From the NCBI GenBank assembly GCA_046758445.1, contig JBHIAE010000064.1, positions 1 to 14,601 of the forward strand: DNA of 14,601 nucleotides. The letters are read 5' to 3'. Positions 7,834 to 14,601 of the stretch are shown one piece after another. How positions within the stretch are numbered: the first letter of the stretch is position 1; every line of letters begins with the position of its first letter. Below the pieces are notes generated by a model that ran no database searches, was not told the DNA's origin, and saw only the letters and a program-made list of their open reading frames with translations. A program made the position numbers and the translations under genes. The stretch comes from Candidatus Thorarchaeota archaeon. Its GTDB lineage: Archaea; Asgardarchaeota; Thorarchaeia; Thorarchaeales; Thorarchaeaceae.

Positions 7834-10800
7834 ATGTTTGGTTACATGGGCAAGATCCTGCGAGTCAGTCTGACAACTTCCACCATAACCGAGGAGTTTC
7901 CGGATGAGGAAACATTGAGGAAGTACATCGGAGGCGCGGGATTAGGGACCAAAATCCTTCTTGATGAAACCGAGAAAGGAATTGACCCCCTAGGACCTGA
8001 GAACAGACTCATCTTCATGACTGGTCCTTTAACTGGAACACACTCACCCAGCACTGGACGATACAGCGTGGTCACGAAGTCCCCGCTCACAAATGGCTGG
8101 GGTCAGGCGAACTCAGCGGGCTTCTGGGGAAGGGATTTCAAGCGCTCAGGTTTTGATGGTGTGATATTCGAGGGGAAAGCACCAAAACCTGTCTACCTGC
8201 TCACTGAAGATGGAAAGGCAGAACTGAGGGATGCAGCGGAGATATGGGGAAGGAACACATCTGAGACCACACGGATCTTGAAGGAGAAGCATGGACCGAA
8301 ATTCAATGTCGCATGCATTGGCATTGGTGGAGAGAATCTAGTAAAGTACGCTGCTATCATGAATGATTGCGATGAAGAAAACTGGGGTCGAGCGGCGGGT
8401 CGGTGCGGCGTTGGCGCAGTCATGGGGTCAAAGAACCTGAAGGCCATAGCATCGAAGGGGACCATGACAATTCCGGTTGCTGATATCGAGGCGTATAGGA
8501 AAGAAGCAAAGCAGAGGTTTGACTGGGTAAACCAAAGCATCTTGAAGATGACCCTCGAGGTCTACGGTACAGCCACAATGGTCGACCTTGTCAATGTGAA
8601 GGGTGGCATCCCGACGAGGAATTGGCAAACCGGGGTCTTCGAGAATACAGATATGATCAATGGAACTGCCATAAATGAGAACATCCTCGTGAGACGAAAG
8701 CCTTGCTTTGCGTGTCCCATCCACTGTGGTAGGATTGCTGAGATCAAGTCTGGTCCGTTCAAGAGCAAGGGAGAAGGACCTGAGTACGAAACCATAAGCT
8801 CGTTTGGGACAATGTGCGGCGTGGACAACCTAGAAGCGATTACGCTGGCTCACTTCCTATGTAATGAATATGGAATAGACACAATCTCTGCAGGTAGCAC
8901 CGTAGCGTTTGCAATGGAGTGTTTCCAGAGAGGCATCTTGAAGGATGAGGACGTCCACGGAATGGACTTCTCTTGGGGAAATGCACAACTTATAGTCGAC
9001 ATTGTCCACAAGATCGGAAGACGCGAAGGCATCGGCGACATGCTGGCCGAGGGTACAATGAGGATGGCCGAAAGACTCGGTGGGGGTTCTGAGAGATTCG
9101 CAATGCATGTCAAAGGGCTAGAGCTTCCTGGTTATGATAGCCGCGCGGCGAAGGTGACAGGGCTAGCCTATGCTGTCGCCAACCGTGGTGGAGACCACAT
9201 AACTGCATACATCGAAGGACCTGCTTTCCTAGCCATGCCATTCATGATTGTTGAAGATGCGGACATTGGGGACCCCTTGAAGGAGATCCCTGAGACGTCG
9301 CTGATCGTCAAGAACTTCGAAGACGCTCTTGGCTTCTTTGATTCTATCGGCGGCTGCAAGTTCATGGGCATGGTACTCACCGCCGAGGATTGGGCCAAGT
9401 TGATCTCCACACTAATGGGTTACGACTTCACTGCTGAGGACTTTCGTAAGACGGGCGAAACAATATACAATCTCGAACGTGCCTACATTCTGAGGGAAGG
9501 ATTCACTGGGGCAGACGACACACTGCCACCCCGACTGCTGGAAGACCCATTGCCAGAAGGTCCCGCTCAGGGCCATGTGGTGAACCTGGACGTCTTGCTG
9601 GATGCCTACTACGAGTACCGCGGCTGGGACAGTCAAGGCAGGCCGACGCCAGAGAAGCTCCAAGAGCTCGGCTTGGAATGGCTGACCGAAATGATACCTG
9701 CTGATGCAGAGGTAAGCAAAGAGGCAGCCAAGATTGAAACCCAGGACAGCCCAGTAATCATCGGCAGGGTATCGACAACCGCGGCATCCCAAGAAGTGAT
9801 CGAGGGCAAGCCTTGGCTCAATAGCTACCAGATAGGTCCCTTCAAGCTTGAGCACTCCATGGCTCCATATCCTGAGATGAACGTCTACAAGTTCCTAGAG
9901 GATACTGCAGGAGAATTGCCTGACAACGTAGCGTGCCAGTACGCTGATGAGGAAATGACCTACCCGGAACTGAAGCTAAAGGTAGACAAGTTGGCATCAG
10001 CCTTGGTGGCACTCGGAGTAAAGAAGGGTGACACTGTCGCGACGGTTCTTCCGTCATGCCCTGAGTTCATCATCGCGGACTATGCAGCCATGAAGGTTGG
10101 GGCTATACATGTGCCCCTGAGCATTCTGCATAAGGCAGATGACCTGCTCTATGAGCTAAGGGAGAGTCGCGCCGAGATTGTCATTTGCTCCTATAGACGA
10201 GTCGAACGGGTCAACCAAGTGAAACATGAAACGAGCGTGAAGTCCGTCATCTATGCACCAACGAAGCTATTTCCGGACTACGAGTACCCTGAGATGGAGA
10301 AGATTGAGGATGAGAACTACCTCCTCATGGACGACCTGATTGACAGATATGAACCGCACACGGAAACTGTCGACATCAATCCGAAAGAAGACATTGCATT
10401 GTTGCCATTCACTGGAGGTACCACGGGTGTTCCAAAGGGGACTATGTTGACGCATCACAATCTAACTACTGTCGTAATCCAGTCTATCCAGTGGATGATG
10501 GACCCACTGAAAGAGGGAATCATAGGCAAGGGCGCTGGCGTGATATGCGTGCCCATCTTCCACACTTACGGCCATTGGGCTGTCCACGCGTGCATCTCGT
10601 GGGGGTTGAAGATGTACTTGATGGACTCTCGCGATATCCAGAAGATCGTGGATGTGATAAACGAACATCGTCCCTTCGCGGTGTTTGCGGTGCCAGCCCA
10701 TTATACCATGTTCAGGAGGATGGACCTCATCAAGGGGCAGATATTCTACTACTCTGGTGCGGCAGCCCTTCCAGCAGACCTTGCAGAGGAGTTCGAAGAG

Positions 10801-11472
10801 AAGTCGGGAGTGCCCATGGGCGAGGGCTACGGTGCTACGGAAACATCTGGTATCGTTTCAATCAACATATCGGCCTTGTCAAAGGTAACGGGCTTCATGG
10901 CCGAGGTGAAGAGGGGCGTTGGGATTCCTATCCCAGACACTGAGATCAAGATTGTAGATCCTGACACGGGCAAGGAGCTTCCACTTGGCAGGCGAGGCGA
11001 ATTGTGGGTTCGTGGTCCGCAGATCATGAGGGGATATTGGCCGACGCCAGGGAGTGGTCTGAGGGAAGGCGGTTGGCTGCCCATGGAAGACATCGTGGAA
11101 ATGGACAGCGATGGCTACTTCAAAGTCGTGGACCGAATCAAGGACATGATCAATGTTTCCGGCAACAAGGTCTACAGCAGGGTCGTTGATGACATTCTTC
11201 ACGAGCACGAGGCGGTCGACCTTGCGGGAATGATAGGCATTCCCGACCCGGAGAGACCTGGAAGTGAGAGAGTCAAGGCCTTCATTCAGTTGAAGCCCGA
11301 GTACAGAGGAAAGGTATCCGAGGAAGAGATAATCGAATTCCTGAAAGACAAGGTGAAACCCTACGCGATACCAAAGTGGGTTGAATTCAGGGATGAGTTG
11401 CCCTTGACGATTGTAATGAAGCTCTTCAAGAAGAAGCTCAGGGAAGAAGAGCTTACGAAACTGAACCAATGA
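7834..11472 (+). CDS. aor: Fusion: tungsten-type aldehyde:ferredoxin oxidoreductase (aa 1 to ~616) + long-chain acyl-CoA synthetase/AMP-forming ligase (aa ~659-1212)
   Basis: AOR motifs: GYMGKILRVSL, KSPLT, GRAAGRCGVGAVMGSKNLKAI, CFACPIHC plus GGCKF ([4Fe-4S] ligands), GPEYET, GIDTIS, HVKGLELPGYDSR, NRGGDH, YYEYRGWD..GRPTPEKLQELGL. Ligase motifs: KPWLNSY, FTGGTTGVPKG, GEGYGATET, GELWVRGPQIMRGYW, DRIKDMINVSG, LPLTIVMK. One stop-free frame with a ~42-aa linker. Confidence 0.95.
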   Translation: MFGYMGKILRVSLTTSTITEEFPDEETLRKYIGGAGLGTKILLDETEKGIDPLGPENRLIFMTGPLTGTHSPSTGRYSVVTKSPLTNGWGQANSAGFWGRDFKRSGFDGVIFEGKAPKPVYLLTEDGKAELRDAAEIWGRNTSETTRILKEKHGPKFNVACIGIGGENLVKYAAIMNDCDEENWGRAAGRCGVGAVMGSKNLKAIASKGTMTIPVADIEAYRKEAKQRFDWVNQSILKMTLEVYGTATMVDLVNVKGGIPTRNWQTGVFENTDMINGTAINENILVRRKPCFACPIHCGRIAEIKSGPFKSKGEGPEYETISSFGTMCGVDNLEAITLAHFLCNEYGIDTISAGSTVAFAMECFQRGILKDEDVHGMDFSWGNAQLIVDIVHKIGRREGIGDMLAEGTMRMAERLGGGSERFAMHVKGLELPGYDSRAAKVTGLAYAVANRGGDHITAYIEGPAFLAMPFMIVEDADIGDPLKEIPETSLIVKNFEDALGFFDSIGGCKFMGMVLTAEDWAKLISTLMGYDFTAEDFRKTGETIYNLERAYILREGFTGADDTLPPRLLEDPLPEGPAQGHVVNLDVLLDAYYEYRGWDSQGRPTPEKLQELGLEWLTEMIPADAEVSKEAAKIETQDSPVIIGRVSTTAASQEVIEGKPWLNSYQIGPFKLEHSMAPYPEMNVYKFLEDTAGELPDNVACQYADEEMTYPELKLKVDKLASALVALGVKKGDTVATVLPSCPEFIIADYAAMKVGAIHVPLSILHKADDLLYELRESRAEIVICSYRRVERVNQVKHETSVKSVIYAPTKLFPDYEYPEMEKIEDENYLLMDDLIDRYEPHTETVDINPKEDIALLPFTGGTTGVPKGTMLTHHNLTTVVIQSIQWMMDPLKEGIIGKGAGVICVPIFHTYGHWAVHACISWGLKMYLMDSRDIQKIVDVINEHRPFAVFAVPAHYTMFRRMDLIKGQIFYYSGAAALPADLAEEFEEKSGVPMGEGYGATETSGIVSINISALSKVTGFMAEVKRGVGIPIPDTEIKIVDPDTGKELPLGRRGELWVRGPQIMRGYWPTPGSGLREGGWLPMEDIVEMDSDGYFKVVDRIKDMINVSGNKVYSRVVDDILHEHEAVDLAGMIGIPDPERPGSERVKAFIQLKPEYRGKVSEEEIIEFLKDKVKPYAIPKWVEFRDELPLTIVMKLFKKKLREEELTKLNQ

Positions 11473-11508
11473 GATTCTGTTCTCAGAGTCATTCATCTGT
11501 AGTGGGAA

Positions 11509-12492
11509 TCAACTTCTCTCCTCAACTACTCGCCTCAGTCTTTCATATGCATCAGGACCACTCGAGAATGGACATGCTTTGATACACACTGAACAGCCAT
11601 AGTATTGCGCGAAGTACTCGAAACAAGTCTGCTGAGTGATGTTTGTGATTCGTCCCGTGTCATGGATCACTGCATCTTCAAGTATGGCTTGGGGTGGACA
11701 CTGCTTGATACACAGTCCGCAGATCTTGCAGTATTCGTCAATCCATTCATGAACATTTGAATCGGCAAAGGGCAAGTTCCGAATGTTTGTATAGACAACT
11801 GCCAGACGAAGTCTGGGTCCAAACTCAGGGGTGATTAGGAGACCGTGCTTCCCAACCCAACCAATGCCGGCTTTCTGAGCTAGAGGAGGAAACAGAACCA
11901 GACCACCGAGAGGATGATCAGCCTGAGCTGCATAGCCGTGCTCTCTGAGGAAGTCAGCAATCTTGTTTGCTGCTTTTCCTAGATCATCATAGGTCCCAAA
12001 CACCATGCTCAACGTTGCCTGGCTTGGAGCCCTGTCGATCTTCTCTTTACTCATCTCCATTCCAAGAATGATTGCGTTATCGTAGAGCACTCCATATTCT
12101 TGGAAGATGAGGTCCAGAGGCAGCTTCACGAATTCGAATGGGCCAACTCCAAGGCTCAGGGAGTAATCCTTGAGTTGTTCCAAAAACTCCTCAGTGGCCT
12201 CCGAAATCGGATCTGATGGATTCTCTTGGATTGAATCAACTGAAAGGTGGATGTTCTTTATGATTGAGAGAAGACGTCTAATGGGCAGCAAGTGCCTCAT
12301 CTGAATATCATCTCGCTCATGAAGTAAGTTCAACATCTCCAGTGGTATCTCAAACCTTGTCGGAGATTGTGATATTGGTTGAAGGATCCCAGGCATGTCA
12401 TTCAGCGATCTCTGCTTAGCCACCATTCTTCTGACTCTAGGTATGCCAAATCTCATGACGAAAGACTTCGTGATCGTGTGTCTAATCCTCAT
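11509..12492 (-). CDS. Reductive dehalogenase/epoxyqueuosine reductase (QueG)-like cobalamin-dependent 2x[4Fe-4S] protein
   Basis: LAQKAGIGWVGKHGLLITPEFGPRLRLAVVYTN (cobalamin-binding core of the RdhA/QueG superfamily), CKICGLCIKQCPPQAI and CFEYFAQYYGCSVCIKACPF. Confidence 0.85.
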   Translation of the reverse strand: MRIRHTITKSFVMRFGIPRVRRMVAKQRSLNDMPGILQPISQSPTRFEIPLEMLNLLHERDDIQMRHLLPIRRLLSIIKNIHLSVDSIQENPSDPISEATEEFLEQLKDYSLSLGVGPFEFVKLPLDLIFQEYGVLYDNAIILGMEMSKEKIDRAPSQATLSMVFGTYDDLGKAANKIADFLREHGYAAQADHPLGGLVLFPPLAQKAGIGWVGKHGLLITPEFGPRLRLAVVYTNIRNLPFADSNVHEWIDEYCKICGLCIKQCPPQAILEDAVIHDTGRITNITQQTCFEYFAQYYGCSVCIKACPFSSGPDAYERLRRVVEERS

Positions 12493-12519
12493 TTCTGGTC
12501 TAGCAACTTCCGAAGGTGA

Positions 12520-12526
12520 TTATAAA
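12520..12526 (-). promoter_or_regulatory. TATA box for the RdhA-like gene (probably leaderless)
   Basis: TTTATAA on the minus strand, 28-34 nt upstream of ATG 12492, within the small inverted repeat TGAT-TATAA-ATCA. Confidence 0.55.
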
Positions 12527-12885
12527 TCATGGCGGACAACACCTGATACAACAACAGGAGTGACATCTACATATGCGAGGTAAGATACGAGGTAATGTAT
12601 GAAACCGGGGAGTTTGATCCTATAGTTCTCCTATTGATCGGGCTTCTGAGATTCATATGGCTGGGTGCAGGATGGAGAATGTTCAAGATTTCGAGGTTTG
12701 AGTCAAACGGGGAGTAGGCATCGCCATCTTCTACAGACCTTCCGATGAGATGACTGTACAGGTGCTTGGGAGAATCAGAGAGGGAGTAACCGAGCTCTTC
12801 TTTGACGATATCCTTCAACACCCATTGACATCATGATAGTGTGTGGATGGACTGGCTGGCCTAATCATGGAGAACACTAATATCA

Positions 12886-13200
12886 ATGGACTACCACGAT
12901 TTGTTGATTGACATGCAGAAGAAATCGAAAAGGCTTGAGAAACCGCACAAGGACTCTGTCAGTGCCATTGTTCTAATTGAAGTCATACCACACGAACATC
13001 TGAACGTCATGAAGTCAGCCAAAAAGGACCTTGAGGATATTCCTGGAGTGAAAGAAGCGTGGGGCATCTTTGGCCCCTGGGATCTAGCAGCGATTGTTGA
13101 AGCTTCGTCCTTTGAAGAACTAAAGGACAAAGTGATTGATGAGATTCGAGCCGTTCCAGGTGTTGGGAAGACTGAAACGCTACCCAGATTTCCTCTATAG
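12886..13200 (+). CDS. Stand-alone Lrp/AsnC ligand-binding (RAM) domain protein
   Basis: VSAIVLIEV...LEDIPGVKEAWGIFGPWDLAAIVEASSFEELKDKVIDEIRAVPGVGKTETL; no HTH. Start is uncertain (12886 or ATG 12913). Confidence 0.88.
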   Translation: MDYHDLLIDMQKKSKRLEKPHKDSVSAIVLIEVIPHEHLNVMKSAKKDLEDIPGVKEAWGIFGPWDLAAIVEASSFEELKDKVIDEIRAVPGVGKTETLPRFPL

Positions 13201-13283
13201 TGTCTATCTAAGAGCTACCCCAGAACCACTCATTACTCTCCCAATCCCCACCGGCAAGCGAATGCAAGCGGAGAGTATCTCAT

Positions 13284-13760
13284 TCAGGAGGTTCCACTCG
13301 GATCAATCAGAAGCCACTCTGAAGGCTCATTCTGTACAAACCACTTATCGACATACTCAAGGATGATCTTCTGTGGTGGGAAAGGGACTTTGGAGATTGC
13401 GTCCTCAAAGGACGTCCAAATGTATTCGCTGTGCTCGAAGTTCAACTGCACTTCTTGGTCAGGTCCCACGAAGGCCACAAAGACTGGGGCAATCCAGTAG
13501 TCATCTTTGTTCGCCAGATAGAATTGTTCGGAGGTATCAGCAGAATAGAGCCTCTCTGGGACTAATCCAGTCTCCTCTCTCGTTTCCCTAAGGGCGGCTT
13601 CCCATGCCTTTTCGCCCTCTTCAATTCTCCCCGAAACATAGCACCACTCTCCCTCATAGGAAACCTTTCTCCGAAGTAGTAGTGTTTGAGAGGTGTCCTT
13701 GGACTTCCTTATCACAATACACACGATTCCTTTGCATTCTACGGGTATCCCCTGTCCCAA
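13284..13760 (-). CDS. Nudix hydrolase (NudB/dATP pyrophosphohydrolase-like)
   Basis: Nudix box GRIEEGEKAWEAALRETREETGL, plus LNFEHSEYIW. TTG 13760 is preferred because GGAGGAG lies 6 nt upstream; the ORF track starts at TTG 13775. Confidence 0.92.
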   Translation of the reverse strand: MGQGIPVECKGIVCIVIRKSKDTSQTLLLRRKVSYEGEWCYVSGRIEEGEKAWEAALRETREETGLVPERLYSADTSEQFYLANKDDYWIAPVFVAFVGPDQEVQLNFEHSEYIWTSFEDAISKVPFPPQKIILEYVDKWFVQNEPSEWLLIDPSGTS

Positions 13761-14044
13761 AGTAGGCTCCTCCAACTGTCATCGCCTCGGGTCCAATTGG
13801 TCTTAAGGCATTCGGGAGCATCACTGATCGAGTGTCTTGGGAGAGGACATACTCCTTTCTTGCCCGCACACCTAATATTCATTAGAAACTGACCTCAGTG
13901 AACTAGGGAACATTCACTGGCAAAGTCCGAGTCTTGGGCCAGATTCGTTCGGGGAGTACTGGTGCCCATCAGAATTGTGCATATGGAAGTACTCAAATTG
14001 GAAAGCTGGCCGAAAGCTACAATTCAGTGAGGAGTTTCAGAGCA

Positions 14045-14601
14045 TTGTCATCCAAGTTCCATCGTGGTACAATATTCAAGTCGGTGTTGATCGGGGACGG
14101 GGCTGTAGGAAAGACCAGTATCCGTCGCAGATACCTAGGTGACGAGTTCATAGAAGGGCATCTCGCTACCATCGGAGTAGACTTCGCTCAGAAATGGGTG
14201 AGCTATGAAGGCGCGACTGTCAGGTTCGTGTGTTGGGATTTGTCGGGCCAACCTAGCTTCAAACAAGTCCGTAAGCATTACTATCAAGGCTCTGACGGAA
14301 TCATTCTCGTGTACTCTGTCACGGACCGGGAATCATTTGACAACGCCTCAAAATGGCTTGTGGAGGCCTACAAGAATATGGAGAAGCTCCCTCCAACTGT
14401 GATTGTTGCAAACAAGATTGACCTACGTCCCACCACACCTGAAGGTCAACTGGTCAGCACCGAGGAGGGCAATGAGTTCGTGGAATACTTCATTGACAAA
14501 CTTGGTGTCCCCGCCATCTTTCGAGAAACCAGCGCAAAGACAGGGGAGAACATTGAGGACACGTTCCAAGAGCTTCTTAGGATGATGAGTGAGGTCGAAG
14601 T
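14045..14601 (+). CDS. Rab-like small GTPase (Ras superfamily), stop codon beyond the window
   Basis: Not in the ORF track; translated by hand. MSSKFHRGTIFKSVLIGDGAVGKTS (G1), ATIGVDF (G2/RabF1), WDLSGQ (G3), YYQGS and LVYSVT (RabF4/F5-like), ANKIDL (G4), ETSAKTGENI (G5). TTG at 14045 with GAGGAG at 14029-14034; in-frame GTG 14027 is an alternative start. Confidence 0.93.
   Translation, partial: MSSKFHRGTIFKSVLIGDGAVGKTSIRRRYLGDEFIEGHLATIGVDFAQKWVSYEGATVRFVCWDLSGQPSFKQVRKHYYQGSDGIILVYSVTDRESFDNASKWLVEAYKNMEKLPPTVIVANKIDLRPTTPEGQLVSTEEGNEFVEYFIDKLGVPAIFRETSAKTGENIEDTFQELLRMMSEVE

Noticed and set aside
7842-11496. Numerous antisense and alternate-frame ORFs inside the AOR-ligase gene (and similar ones inside TPS/TPP, SCP2, MFS and GTPase genes)
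   Set aside because: Shadow ORFs of well-supported genes, with no recognisable motifs.
13234-13277. TACTCTCC/GGAGAGTA inverted repeat as a terminator between convergent genes
   Set aside because: The 28-nt loop is long and there is no U-tract; not enough support.
1-14601. CRISPR arrays, tRNA/rRNA genes, transposases or integrases
   Set aside because: No regularly spaced repeats, recognisable RNA genes or mobile-element proteins were seen by eye.

Overview
Archaeal window, most likely from an Asgard archaeon (Thorarchaeia-like). This is inferred from the Rab-like small GTPase, TATA-box/leaderless promoters, tungsten-type AOR, stand-alone Lrp/AsnC domain and SCP2 proteins. Left to right: a partial MFS transporter (-); an AT-rich trehalose cassette (TreT-type glycosyltransferase split by a +1 frameshift in an A7 run, then a fused trehalose-6-phosphate synthase/phosphatase); about 500 bp of gene debris; a truncated Zn-ribbon/EutA-like gene (-); a small putative DNA-binding protein with a palindrome over its start; two SCP2 lipid-carrier genes and moaD (-), divergent from a 1212-aa protein that fuses a complete aldehyde:ferredoxin oxidoreductase (AOR) to a complete FadD-type acyl-CoA ligase; a convergent reductive-dehalogenase/QueG-like 2x[4Fe-4S] protein; an Lrp/AsnC domain protein; a Nudix hydrolase; and a Rab-like GTPase running off the right end. 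The standout is the AOR-ligase fusion with its SCP2/MoaD/RdhA-like neighbours, a candidate anaerobic system for processing hydrophobic aldehydes or acids.
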